From the human T2T-CHM13v2.0 reference genome, Homo sapiens, in the NCBI RefSeq assembly GCF_009914755.1, contig NC_060939.1: DNA of 64,000 bases; one strand, given 5' to 3'. Shown here one piece after another: positions 17,131 to 38,953 of the stretch; within the stretch, counting starts at the first letter, position 1, and each line of letters opens with the position of its first letter. The notes below the pieces were generated by a model that worked only from the letters and a program-made list of their open reading frames with translations, had not been told where the DNA came from and did no database searches. The translations under genes were made by a program, and so were the position numbers.

Positions 17131-17627
17131 CTCTGGGCGGGGCGAGGCGAGGCGAGGCACAGCGCATCGCTTTGGAAGCCGCGGCAACGCCTTTCAAAGC
17201 CCCATTCGTATGCACAGAGCCTTATTCCCTTCCTGGAGTTGGAGCTGATGCCTTCCGTAGCCTTGGGCTTCTCTCCATTCGGAAGCTTTGACAGGCGCAA
17301 CCCCACCCAGAGGCTGGCTGCGGCTGAGGATTAGGGGGTGTGTTGGGGCTGAAAACTGGGTCCCCTATTTTTGATACCTCAGCCGACACATCCCCCGACC
17401 GCCATCGCTTGCTCGCCCTCTGAGATCCCCCGCCTCCACCGCCTTGCAGGCTCACCTCTTACTTTCATTTCTTCCTTTCTTGCGTTTGAGGAGGGGGTGC
17501 GGGAATGAGGGTGTGTGTGGGGAGGGGGTGCGGGGTGGGGACGGAGGGGAGCGTCCTAAGGGTCGATTTAGTGTCATGCCTCTTTCACCACCACCACCAC
17601 CACCGAAGATGACAGCAAGGATCGGCT

Positions 17628-17895
17628 AAATACCGCGTGTTCTCATCTAGAAGTGGGAACTTACAGATGACAGTTCTTGCATGGGCAGAACGAGGGGGAC
17701 CGGGGACGCGGAAGCCTGCTTGAGGGAGGAGGGGTGGAAGGAGAGACAGCTTCAGGAAGAAAACAAAACACGAATACTGTCGGACACAGCACTGACTACC
17801 CGGGTGATGAAATCATCTGCACACTGAACACCCCCGTCACAAGTTTACCTATGTCACAATCTTGCACATGTATGCTTGAACGACAAATAAAAGTT
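17628..17895 (+). mobile_element. Old primate L1 (L1PA/L1PB-type) 3' UTR terminus with GA-rich tail (second copy 21074-21341)
   Basis: AAATACCGCGTGTTCTCA...GGGTGATGAAATCATCTG...CAAGTTTACCTATGTCACAA...GCACATGTA...AAATAAAAGTT resembles the recalled L1 3' end. Confidence 0.75.
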
Positions 17896-18099
17896 AGGGG
17901 GGAGAAGAGAGGAGAGAGAGAGAGAGAGAGAGACAGAGAGAGACAGAGAGAGAGAGAGAGGAGGGAGAGAGAAAACGAAACACCACCTCCTTGACCTGAG
18001 TCAGGGGGTTTCTGGCCTTTTGGGAGAACGTTCAGCGACAATGCAGTATTTGGGCCCGTTCTTTTTTTTTCTTCTTCTTTTCTTTCTTTTTTTTTGGAC

Positions 18100-19051
<952 letters not shown>

Positions 19052-19059
19052 CTAGGGCC

Positions 19060-19415
19060 TTCTCTCTGTCTGTTTCTCTCTGTTCGTCTCTGTCTTTCTC
19101 TCTGTGTCTCTTTCTCTGTCTGTCTGTCTCTTTCTTTCTCTCTGTCTCTGTCTCTGTCTTTGTCTCTCTCTCTCCCTCTCTGCCTGTCTCACTGTGTCTG
19201 TCTTCTGTCTTACTCTCTTTCTCTCCCCGTCTGTCTCTCTCTCTCTCTCTCCCTCCCTGTTTGTTTCTCTCTCTCCCTCCCTGTCTGTTTCTCTCTCTCT
19301 CTTTCTGTCTGTTTCTGTCTCTCTCTGTCTGTCTATGTCTTTCTCTGTCTGTCTCTTTCTCTGTCTGTCTGCCTCTCTCTTTCTTTTTCTGTGTCTCTCT
19401 GTCGGTCTCTCTCTC

Positions 19416-19450
<35 letters not shown>

Positions 19451-19642
19451 GTGCCTATCTTCTGTCTTACTCTCTTTCTCTGCCTGTCTGTCTGTCTCTC
19501 CCTCCGTTTCTGTTTCTCTCTCTCTCTCTCTCTCTCTCCCCCTCTCCCTGTCTGTTTCTCTCCGTCTCTCTCTCTTTCTGTCTGTTTCTCACTGTCTCTC
19601 TCTGTCCATCTCTCTCTCTCTCTGTCTGTCTCTTTCGTTCTC

Positions 19643-19703
<61 letters not shown>

Positions 19704-19745
19704 CTCTCTGTGTGTATCTTCTGTCTTACTCTCCTTCTCTGCCTG

Positions 19746-19779
<34 letters not shown>

Positions 19780-20227
19780 CCTTTCTGTCTCTCTCTCTCT
19801 CTGTCCCTCTCTCTTTCTGTCTGTTCCTCTCTCTCTCTCTGTCTCTGTCTTTCTCTGTCTGTCTGCCTCTCTCTTTCTTTCTCTTTCTGTGTCTCTCTGT
19901 CTCTCTCACTGTGTGTGTGTCTCTGTCTCTGCCTCTCTCTCTCTCTCTCTCTCTGTCTGTCTCTCTCACTGTGTGTGTCTGTCTTCTGTCTTACTCTCCT
20001 TCTCTGCCTGTCCGTCTGTCTGTCTGTCTCTCCCTCTCTCTCCCTCCCTTTCTGTTTCTCTCTCTCTCTCTCTCTCTTTCTGTCTGTTTCTCTCTTTCTC
20101 TCTCTGTCTGTCTCTTTCTCTGTCTGTCTGTCTCTCTCTTTCTTTTTCTCTGTCTCTCTGTCTCTCTCTGTGCCTGTCTCTCTGTCTGTGCCTATCTTCT
20201 GTCTTACTCTCTTTCTCTGGCTGACTG

Positions 20228-20268
<41 letters not shown>

Positions 20269-20369
20269 GTCTCCGTCCCTCCCTCCCTGTCTGTCTGTTT
20301 CTCTCTCTGTCCATTTCTGTCTGTCTCTTTCTCTTTCTCTCTCTTTCTTTCTCTCTGTCTCTCTCTGTC

Positions 20370-20428
<59 letters not shown>

Positions 20429-20636
20429 CTCTCTCACTGTGTCGGTCTTCTGTCTTACTCTCTTTCTCTGCCTGCCTCTCTGTCTGTCTGTCTGTCTCTC
20501 TCCCTCCATGTCTCTCTCTCTCTCTCTCTCACTCACTGTCTCTCCGTCTCTCTCTCTTTCTGTCTGTTTCTCTCTGTCTCTGTCTTTCTGTGTGTCTGTC
20601 TGTCTCTCTCTCTATTTGTCTTTCTCCCTCCCTGTC

Positions 20637-20677
<41 letters not shown>

Positions 20678-20750
20678 GTCTGTTTCTCTCTATCTCTCGC
20701 TGTCCATCTCTGTCTTTCTATGTCTGTCTCTTTCTCTGTCAGTCTGTCAG
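19060..20750. repeat. CT/CTGT-rich polypyrimidine block in LR1
   Basis: Nearly A-free (CT)n/(CTGT)n mosaic. Confidence 0.95.
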
Positions 20751-21002
20751 ACACCCCCGTGCCGGGTAGGGCCCTGCCCCTTCCACGAAAGTGAGAAGCG
20801 CGTGCTTCGGTGCTTAGAGAGGCCGAGAGGAATCTAGACAGGCGGGCCTTGCTGGGCTTCCCCACTCGGTGTACGATTTCGGGAGGTCGAGGCCGGGTCC
20901 CCGCTTGGATGCGAGGGGCATTTTCAGACTTTTCTCTCGGTCACGTGTGGCGTCCGTACTTCTCCTATTTCCCCGATAAGCTCCTCGACTTCAACATAAA
21001 CG

Positions 21003-25552
<4,550 letters not shown>

Positions 25553-25559
25553 TGTGAAG

Positions 25560-25763
25560 GCCGGACGCAACACGGCGAAACCCCGTCTCTACTAAAAATA
25601 CAAAGCTGAGTCGGGAGCGGTGGGGCAGGCCCCTGTAATGCCAGCTCCTCGGGAGGCTGAGGCGGGAGAATCGCTTGAACCAGGGAAGCGGAGGCTGCAG
25701 GGAGCCGAGATCGCGCCACTGCACTACGGCCCAGGCTGTAGAGTGAGTGAGACTCGGTCTCTA
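25560..25763 (+). mobile_element. 5'-truncated Alu at the LR2 junction
   Basis: GAAACCCCGTCTCTACTAAAAATACAAA...GGAGGCTGAGGCGGGAGAATCGCTTGAACC...GAGATCGCGCCACTGCAC. Confidence 0.88.
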
Positions 25764-27129
25764 AATAAATACGGAAATTAATTAATTCATTAATTCTTTT
25801 CCCTGCTGACGGACATTTGCAGGCAGGCATCGGTTGTCTTCGGGCATCACCTAGCGGCCACTGTTATTGAAAGTCGACGTGACACGGAGGGAGGTCTCGC
25901 CGACTTCACCGAGCCTGGGGCAACGGGTTTCTCTCTCTCCCTTCTGGAGGCCCCTCCCTCTCTCCCTCGTTGCCTAGGGAACCTCGCCTAGGGAACCTCC
26001 GCCCTGGCGGGGGCCCTATTGTTCTTTGATCGGCGCTTTACTTTTCTTTGTGTTTTGGCGCCTAGACTCTTCTACTTGGGCTTTGGGAAGGGTCAGTTTA
26101 ATTTTCAAGTTGCCCCCCGGCTCCCCCCACTACCCACGTCCCTTCACCTTAATTTAGTGAGTCGGTTAGGTGGGTTTCCCCCAAACCGCCCCCCCCCCCC
26201 CGCCTCCCAACACCCTGCTTGGAAACCTTCCAGAGCCACCCCGGTGTGCCTCCGTCTTCTCTCCCCTTCCCCCACCCCTTGCCGGCGATCTCATTCTTGC
26301 CAGGCTGACATTTGCATCGGTGGGCGTCAGGCCTCACTCGGGGGCCACCGTTTTTGAAGATGGGGGCGGCACGGTCCCACTTCCCCGGAGGCAGCTTGGG
26401 CCGATGGCATAGCCCCTTGACCCGCGTGGGCAAGCGGGCGGGTCTGCAGTTGTGAGGCTTTTCCCCCCGCTGCTTCCCGCCTCAGGCCTCCCTCCCTAGG
26501 AAAGCTTCACCCTGGCTGGGTCTCGGTCACCTTTTATCACGATGTTTTAGTTTCTCCGCCCTCCGGCCAGCAGAGTTTCACAATGCGAAGGGCGCCACGG
26601 CTCTAGTCTGGGCCTTCTCAGTACTTGCCCAAAATAGAAACGCTTTCTGAAAACTAATAACTTTGCTCACTTAAGATTTCCAGGGACGGCGCCTTGGCCC
26701 GTGTTTGTTGGCTTGTTTTGTTTCGTTCTGTTTTGTTTTGTTCGTGTTTTTCCTTTCTCGTATGTCTTTCTTTTCAGGTGAAGTAGAAATCCCCAGTTTT
26801 CAGGAAGACGTCTATTTTCCCCAAGACACGTTAGCTGCCGTTTTTTCCTGTTGTGAACTAGCGCTTTTGTGACTCTCTCAACGTGCAGTGAGAGCCGGTT
26901 GATGTTTACTATCCTTCATCATGACATCTTATTTTCTAGAAATCCGTAGGCGAATGCTGCTGCTGCTCTTGTTGCTGTTGTTGTTGTTGTTGTTGTCGTC
27001 GTTGCTGTTGTCGTTGTCGTTGTTGTTGTCGTTGTCGTTGTTTTCAAAGTATACCCCGGCCACCGTTTATGGGATCAAAAGCATTATAAAATATGTGTGA
27101 TTATTTCTTGAGCACGCCCTTCCTCCCCC

Positions 27130-27715
27130 TCTCTCTGTCTCTCTGTCTGTCTCTGTCTCTCTCTTTCTCTGTCTGTCTTCTCTCTCTCTCTCTCTCTGTG
27201 TCTCTCTCTCTCTGCCTGTCTGTTTCTCTCTCTCTGCCTCTCTCTCTCTCTCTCTCTCTGCCTGTCTCTCTCACTGTGTCTGTCTTCTGTCTTACTCCCT
27301 TTCTCTGTCTGTCTGTCGGTCTCTCTCTCTCTCTCTCCCTGTCTGTATGTTTCTCTCTGTCTCTGTCTCTCTCTCTCTTTCTGTTTCTCTCTCTCCGTCT
27401 CTGTCTTTCTCTGACTGTCTCTCTCTTTCCTTCTCTCTGTCTCTCTCTGCCTGTCTCTCTCACTCTGTCTTCTGTCTTACTCTCTCTCTCTGCCTGCCTG
27501 TCTCTCTCACTCTCTCTCTCTGTGTGTCTCTCTCTCTCTTTCTGTTTCTCTCTGTCTCTCTGTCCGTCTCTGTCTTTCTCTGTCTGTCTCTTTGTCTGTC
27601 TGTCTTTGTCTTTCCTTCTCTCTGTCTCTGTCTCTCTCACTGTGTCTGTCTTCTGTCTTAGTCTCTCTCTCTCTCTCTCCCTGTCTGTCTGTCTCTCTCT
27701 CTCTCTCCCCCTGTC

Positions 27716-27760
<45 letters not shown>

Positions 27761-28033
27761 TTGTCTTTCTTTCTGTCTCTGTCTCTCTCTCTCTCTCTGT
27801 GTGTCTGTCTTCTGTCTTACTGTCTTTCTCTGCCTGTCTGTCTGTCTGTCTCTCTCTGTCTGTCTCTCTCTCTCTCTCCCCCCTGTCGGCTGTTTCTCTG
27901 TCTCTGTCTGTGTCTCTCTTTCTGTCTGTTTCTCTCTGTCTGTCTTTCTCTCTCTGTCTCTTTCTCTCTGTCTCTCTGTCTGTCTCTGTCTCTCTCTCTG
28001 TCTCTCTCTCTCTGTGGGGGGGTGTGTGTGTGT

Positions 28034-28070
<37 letters not shown>

Positions 28071-28321
28071 TGCCTTCTGTCTTACTCTCTTTCTCTGCCT
28101 GTCTGTCTGCCTGTCTGTTTGTCTCTCTCTCTCTGCCTGTCTCTCTCCCTTCCTGTCTGTTTCTCTCTCTTTCTGTTTCTCTCTGTCTCTGTCCATCTCT
28201 GTCTTTCTCCGTCTGTCTCTTTATCTGTCTCTCTCCGTCTGTCTCTTTATCTGTCTCTCTCTCTCTTTCTGTCTTTCTCTCTCTGTGTATCGTTGTCTCT
28301 CTCTGTCTGTCTCTGTCTCTG

Positions 28322-28354
<33 letters not shown>

Positions 28355-28410
28355 GTCTGTCTGTCCGTCTGTCTGTCTCGGTCTCTGGCTCTCGCTATCT
28401 CCCGCCCTCT
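27130..28410. repeat. Third CT-rich block with an internal (GT)n tract
   Basis: (CT)n/(CTGT)n mosaic sharing the TCTTCTGTCTTAC anchor with the LR blocks. Confidence 0.93.
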
Positions 28411-29697
28411 CTTTTTTTGCAAAAGAAGCTCAAGTACATCTAATCTAATCCCTTACCAAGGCCTGAATTCTTCACTTCTGACATCCCAGATTTGATCTCC
28501 CTACAGAATGCTGTACAGAACTGGCGAGTTGATTTCTGGACTTGGATACCTCATAGAAACTACATATGAATAAAGATCCAATCCTAAAATCTGGGGTGGC
28601 TTCTCCCTCGACTGTCTCGAAAAATCGTACCTCTGTTCCCCTAGGATGCCGGAAGAGTTTTCTCAATGTGCATCTGCCCGTGTCCTAAGTGATCTGTGAC
28701 CGAGCCCTGTCCGTCCTGTCTCAAATATGTACGTGCAAACACTTCTCTCCATTTCCACAACTACCCACGGCCCCTTGTGGAACCACTGGCTCTTTGAAAA
28801 AAATCCCAGAAGTGGTTTTGGCTTTTTGGCTAGGAGGCCTAAGCCTGCTGAGAACTTTCCTGCCCAGGATCCTGTGTGACCAAAAGTGCCTCTGCTGGGA
28901 GCTGGGATCCTCGGGACCATGCTTGCTAGCGCTGGATGAGTCTCTGGAAGGACGCACGGGACTCCGCAAAGCTGACCTGTCCCACCGAGGTCAAATGGAT
29001 ACCTCTGCATTGGCCCGAGGCCTCCGAAGTACATCACCGTCACCAACCGTCACCGTCAGCATCCTTGTGAGCCTGCCCAAGGCCCCGCCTCCGGGGAGAC
29101 TCTTGGGAGCCCGGCCTTCGTCGGCTAAAGTCCAAAGGGATGGTGACTTCCACCCACAAGGTCCCCACTGAACGGCGAAGATGTGGAGCGTAGGTCAGAG
29201 AGGGGACCAGGAGGGGAGACGTCCCGACAGGCGACGAGTTCCCAAGGCTCTGGCCACCCCACCCACGCCCCACGCCCCACGTCCCGGGCACCCGCGGGAC
29301 ACCGCCGCTTTATCCCCTCCTCTGTCCACAGCCGGCCCCACCCCACCACGCAACCCACGCACACACGCTGGAGGTTCCAAAACCACACGGTGTGACTAGA
29401 GCCTGACGGAGCGAGAGCCCATTTCACGAGGTGGGAGGGGTGGGGGTGGGGTGGGTTGGGGGTTGTGGGGTCTGTGGCGAGCCCGATTCTCCCTCTTGGG
29501 TGGCTACAGGCTAGAAATGAATATCGCTTCTTGGGCGGAGGGGCTTCCTTAGGCCATCACCGCTTGCGGGACTACCTCTCAAACCCTCCCTTGAGGCCAC
29601 AAAATAGATTCCACCCCACCCATCGACGTTTCCCCCGGGTGCTGGATGTATCCTGTCAAGAGACCTGAGCCTGACACCGTCGAATTAAACACCTTGA

Positions 29698-29931
<234 letters not shown>

Positions 29932-29976
29932 TAGATTCGAGCCACACCTCATTCCGTGCCACAGAGAGACTTCTTT

Positions 29977-32900
29977 TTTTTTTTTTTTTTAAGCGCAACG
30001 CAACATGTCTGCCTTATTTGAGTGGCTTCCTATATCATTATAATTGTGTTATAGATGAAGAAACGGTATTAAACACTGTGCTAATGATAGTGAAAGTGAA
30101 GACAAAAGAAAGGCTATCTATTTTGTGGTTAGAATAAAGTTGCTCAGTATTTAGAGCTACCTAAATACGTCAGCATTTACACTCTTCCTAGTAAAAGCTG
30201 GCCAATCTGAATAATCCTCCTTTAAACAAACACAATTTTTGATAGGGTTAAGATTTTTTTAAGAATGCGACTCCTGCAAAATAGCTGAACAGACGATACA
30301 CATTTAAAAAAATAACAACACAAGGATCAACCAGACTTGGGAAAAAATCGAAAACCACACAAGTCTTATGAAGAACTGAGTTCTTAAAATAGGACGGAGA
30401 ACGTAGCTATCGGAAGAGAAGGCAGTATTGGCAAGTTGATTGTTACGTTGGTCAGCAGTAGCTGGCACTATCTTTTTGGCCATCTTTCGGGCAATGTAAC
30501 TACTACAGCAAAATGAGATATGATCCATGAAACAACATATTCGCAAATCAAAAAGTGTTTCAGTAATATAATGCTTCAGATTTAGAAGCAAATCAAATGA
30601 TAGAACTCCACTGCTGTAATAAGTCACCCCAAAGATCACCGTATCTGACAAAATAACTACCACAGGGTTATGACTTCAGAATCATACTTTCTCTTGATAT
30701 TTACTTATGTATGTATTTATTTTTTTTAATTTATTTCTCTTGAGACGGCGTCTCGCTCTGTCGCCCAGGCTGGAGTGCGATGGTGTGATCTCGGCTCACT
30801 GCAACCGCCACCTCCCTGGGTTCAAGCGATTCTCCTGCCTCAGCCTCCCGAGTAGCTGGGACTACAGGTGCCCGCCACCACGCCCAGCTAATCTTTATAC
30901 TTTTAATAGAGACGGGGTTTCACCGTGTCGGCCCGGATGGTCTCGATCTCTTGACCTCGTGACCCGCCCGCCTCGGCCTCCCAAAGTGCTGGGATGACAG
31001 GCGTGAGCCACTGAGCCCGGCCTTCTCTTGACGTTTAAACTATGAAGTCAGTCCAGAGAAACGCAATAAATGTCAACGGTGAGGATGGTGTTGAGGCAGA
31101 AGTAGGACCACACTTTTTCCTATCTTATTCAGTTGATAACAATATGACCTAGGTAGTAATTTCCTATGTGCCTACTTATACACGAGTACAAAAGAGTAAA
31201 ACAGAGAGACTGCTAAATTAAAGGGTACGTGAAGTTCTTCATAGTAACTCCGTAAACTGGAACACTGTCAAAAAGCAGCAGCTAGTGAATTGTTTCCATG
31301 TATTTTTCTATGATCCAATAAGTGAACTATGCTATTCCTTTCCAGTCTCCCAAGCACTTCTTGTCCCCATCACCACTTCGGTGCTCGAAGAAAAAGTAAC
31401 AAATCAAGGAACACAACTAAAGAAACACACACACAAACCAAAGACAACTACAGCGTCTGCAAAAGTTTGCTAGAAGACTGAAACTGTTGAGTATAAGGAT
31501 CTGGTATTCTACGATGATCATGAGTTCACTTCAGAGTTTGTTCAAGACATACGTTTCGTAAGGAAACATCTTAGTTAGAAGTTATTCAGCAGTAGGTACC
31601 ATCCCTAAGTATTTTTCACCAAATTCGTGACAATAAAGAGCTATCTAACCAGAAAAATTAGCGAGTACCGGCACCATCCATAGGGCTTTGTCTTTACGCT
31701 TCATTAGCACTTACCATGCCTTACAATGTCTAGGATTGACCCTGATAGCATTTCGAAAACAAGCTAATGCTTTGTCCAGTTCTTCAGTGAAGACAAGCTC
31801 ACGCCCTAATGCGCTATAGGCATAAGCATCATTTGGATCCACTTCGAGAGTTCTCTGGAAGAATTGAATCGCAATATCGTGTTCCCGTTGCAGACCGAAA
31901 CAGTTCCCTGCAGCACACCAGGCCTCTGGCTGGCGAATTTTTATCCATGTCTGTGAAGTCTTTGGACAGAACTGAAAGAGCAACCTCTTTCGGAGGATGC
32001 CAAAGTGTTGTAGAGTAGATCTCCATGCCTTCGACTCTGTAATTCTCAATCCTCCTAACCTCTGAGAATTGTCTTTCAGCTTGCGTGGACTCTGAAAGTT
32101 TACAATAGGCCCTTCCGATTTGGCACAGTACCCAACCGGTATTGCAGTGGTGAGAAGCTAGATGGCTCAAGATGCTGATAGCTTCTTTGCCGTGGTAAGA
32201 ACACAAAGCTAAATAACCTTTCCCCCTTTCACGAAGAAGGCTCATCAAGCCTTCCGCTGCTGCTTTTTGTAGATTAAAAGCCTGAATCTGAGGCGCGATT
32301 GCGGCTATTTTCCCTTCTGAAATGACGGAAGAGTCCAATTTTGTCACTTCCAGGCTATCACTTATGTTCGGTGGAGTTATTGCTCCTTTATTAGTTTTAC
32401 TTTTGGTTCTTCTGTTTGGGATTTTAGGTGGAAACTTCATTTTTAATTTTCTCCTATTCTCCTCGGTTGTGGAGCTGTCACTAGTCAAGAGTCGTGAATT
32501 TCTTCGAGGCGGTGCATTTGGGGGAGATGCCATAGTGGGGCTCAATACCTGAGGTGTTGCCCTTGTCGGCGGACCAGAACTTTGTGTTTTTGCAAGGACT
32601 GGAGTTACCTTTCGGCTCTTTCCCCTCTGCGAGAAGACAGACGGTGTTCCGGTTTGGCCGATTCTGGCAACAGGCTTTTCTGAAGGGGCTCCGGTGGATG
32701 GCACGTCAATGACAGACGGTGTCTCATACCAGTGCAGTTTTGTCAATAGGGTCCGTCTCCGGGACTTGGGGTTTCTAATGGCAAAATGCCAACACTTGGG
32801 GTTAATGGACTAACAGCTGCTGGTCCTCCTAATAAACTTCGACCAGTTTTTGGTTTATGTTGAACCTGTTTAGATCATATGGAAGTTCCTGTTCCCAGTG

Positions 32901-33775
32901 GGACAGTATCAGGTGAAAGGACAGCTGAATCGATAGAAGACACTGGGGAGTCTGTATTCAAGGAGTACTTTGAATTGGAAGATTCTAAATTCCATCCGTT
33001 TCATTCGACGGTGTCCTGGGGTGTTTCCGTAAGAACGGTCTCGGGCTGTCTGTGACATAAACTAGGACGAGGTCCAAGTGTTGTGGCGCAACACTTGGAC
33101 AGGCAGTTGCTAAAGCTCTCTAGAGAGGTGAATCAAAATGTTTGGTCAGGATCTGGCTTTTCCCCCCTATTTCACATCATGATTCAAAGGGACACCAGAG
33201 GAAAGGATTTCAACGAAGGCTCTTTTGGTCACATTCTGATCCTTTGGTAAGCCGATCTGTCTTGCAATATACATGTCCCGACGATGGAAGGGGAAAGCGA
33301 GCTGAATCACCAAACTCAGGAACGATAATATCATCGTGGCTTTTCTGCTTATGAAACACTCCACCCGATAAGATTTGATCCCCTTCTGCAAGCTTGCTGA
33401 GATCAACACAACATTTCGCAAGCAGGCATTTGCATTGCGGGGTAGTACAACTGTGTCCTTTCAAGAGTCTATATGTTTTATAGGCCTTTCCTGAGCGGTA
33501 AGAACAGGTCGCCAGTAAGAACAAGGCTTCTTCTGAGTGTACTTCTGCATAAAGGCGTTCTGCGGGGGAAACCGCATCTCGGTAGGCATAGTGGTTTAGT
33601 GCTTGCCATATAGCAGCCTGGACGGGTCCCTGCAGCACCGCCATCCTCGAGGCTCAGGCCCACTTTCTGCAGTGCCACAGGCACCCCCCCCCCCCCCCAT
33701 AGCGGCTCCGGCCCGGCCAGCCTCGGCTCATTTAAAGGCACCAGCCGCCGTTACCGGGGGATGGGGGAGTCCGAG
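29977..33775 (-). pseudogene. CDC27P: CDC27 (APC3) retro-pseudogene; coding-homologous part 33644->31715, disrupted by stops and frameshifts
   Basis: ORFs translate to MAVLQGPVQAAIWQALNHYAYRDA...LSKLAEG, QIQAFNLQKAAAEGLMSLLRE...VEGMEIYSTTLWH and PEAWCAAGNCFGLQREHDIAIQFFQR...CFRNAIRVNPRH, all CDC27-like and intronless. Outer bounds inferred from poly(A) and TSDs. Confidence 0.95.
30720..31022 (-). mobile_element. Full-length Alu inside the 3' extension of the CDC27 retrocopy
   Basis: Complete Alu dimer; candidate TSD TTCTCTTGATATTTA (30689-30703) / TTCTCTTGACGTTTA (31023-31037). Confidence 0.9.
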
Positions 33776-34300
33776 ACAGAATGACTTCTTTATCCTGCTG
33801 ACTCTGGAAAGCCCGGCGCCTTGTGATCCATTGCAAACCGAGAGTCACCTCGTGTTTAGAACACGGATCCACTCCCAAGTTCAGTGGGGGGATGTGAGGG
33901 GTGTGGCAGGTAGGACGAAGGACTCTCTTCCTTCTGATTCGGTCTGCACAGTGGGGCCTAGGGCTGGAGCTCTCTCCGTGCGGACCGCTGACTCCCTCTA
34001 CCTTGGGTTCCCTCGGCCCCACCCTGGAACGCCGGGCCTTGGCAGATTCTGGCCCTTCCTGGCCCTTCAGTCGCTGTCAGAAACCCCATCTCATGCTCGG
34101 ATGCCCCGAGTGACTGTGGCTCGCACCTCTCCGGAAACATTGGAAATCTCTCCTCTACGCGCGGCCACCTGAAACCACAGGAGCTCGGGACACACGTGCT
34201 TTCGGGAGAGAATGCTGAGAGTCTCTTGCCGACTCTCTCTTGACTTGAGTTCTTCGTGGGTGCGTGGTTAAGACGTAGTGAGACCAGATGTATTAACTCA

Positions 34301-35447
<1,147 letters not shown>

Positions 35448-36249
35448 CCCCCCCTTTCCCCTTCCCCCGCTTGTCTTCCCGACAGACAGTTTCACGGCAG
35501 AGCGTTTGGCTGGCGTGCTTAAACTCATTCTAAATAGAAATTTGGGACGTCAGCTTCTGGCCTCACGGACTCTGAGCCGAGGAGTCCCCTGGTCTGTCTA
35601 TCACAGGACCGTACACGTAAGGAGGAGAAAAATCGTAACGTTCAAAGTCAGTCATTTTGTGATACAGAAATACACGGATTCACCCAAAACACAGAAAGCA
35701 GTCTTTTAGAAATGGCCTTAGCCCTGGTGTCCGTGCCAGTGATTCTTTTCGGTTTGGACCTTGACTGAGAGGATTCCCAGTCGGTCTCTCGTCTCTGGAC
35801 GGAAGTTCCAGATGATCCGATGGGTGGGGGACTTAGGCTGCGTCCCCCCAGGAGCCCTGGTCGATTAGTTGTGGGGATCGCCTTGGAGGGCGCGGTGACC
35901 CACTGTGCTGTGGGAGCCTCCATCCTTCCCCCCACCCCCTCCCCAGGGGATCCCAATTCATTCCGGGCTGACACGCTCACTGGCAGGCGTCGGGCATCAC
36001 CTAGCGGTCACTGTTACTCTGAAAACGGAGGCCTCACAGAGGAAGGGAGCACCAGGCCGCCTGCGCACAGCCTGGGGCAACTGTGTCTTCTCCACCGCCC
36101 CCGCCCCCACCTCCAAGTTCCTCCCTCCCTTGTTGCCTAGGAAATCGCCACTTTGACGACCGGGTCTGATTGACCTTTGATCAGGCAAAAACGAACAAAC
36201 AGATAAATAAATAAAATAACACAAAAGTAACTAACTAAATAAAATAAGT

Positions 36250-36399
36250 CAATACAACCCATTACAATACAATAAGATACGATACGATAGGATGCGATAG
36301 GATACGATAGGATACAATACAATACGATACGATACGATACAATACAATACAATACAATACAATACAATACAATACAATACAATACAATACAATACAATA

Positions 36400-36400
<1 letters not shown>
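36250..36400. repeat. (AATAC/GATAC/GATAG)n pentanucleotide repeat
   Basis: About 30 pentamer units, directly visible. Confidence 0.93.
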
Positions 36401-37237
<837 letters not shown>

Positions 37238-37509
37238 TTAACTTCATTTTATGTTATTATCATGATTGATGTTTCGAGACGGAGTCTCGGAGGCCCGCCC
37301 TCCCTGGTTGCCCAGACAACCCCGGGAGACAGACCCTGGCTGGGCCCGATTGTTCTTCTCCTTGGTCAGGGGTTTCCTTGTCTTTCTTCGTGTCTTTAAC
37401 CCGCGTGGACTCTTCCGCTCGGGTTTGACAGATGGCAGCTCCACTTTAGGCCTTGTTGTTGTTGGGGACTTTCCTGATTCTCCCCAGATGTAGTGAAAGC
37501 AGGTAGATT

Positions 37510-37539
37510 TGCCTTGCCTGGACTTGCCTGGCCTTGCCT
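37510..37539. promoter_or_regulatory. p53 binding element of the ribosomal gene cluster (RGC site)
   Basis: TGCCTTGCCTGGACTTGCCTGGCCTTGCCT matches the recalled classic RGC p53 element. Confidence 0.85.
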
Positions 37540-37621
37540 TTTCTTTCTTTCTTTCTTTATTACTTTCTCTTTTTCTTCTTCTTCTTCTTCTTCTTCTTCT
37601 TCTTCTTCTTCTTTTTTTTTT

Positions 37622-38953
<1,332 letters not shown>

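Noticed and set aside
25972-25999. Exact 14-bp tandem duplication GCCTAGGGAACCTC
   Set aside because: Ordinary slippage-type microduplication, useful only as a marker
28440-29400. Unique IGS segment that might hide a snoRNA or LTR/ERV fragment
   Set aside because: No convincing box C/D, H/ACA or LTR termini recognised; needs Rfam and Dfam searches
30304-30663. 119-aa minus-strand ORF downstream of the CDC27 homology
   Set aside because: No similarity to the CDC27 C-terminus or any protein I recognise; fits retained intron sequence
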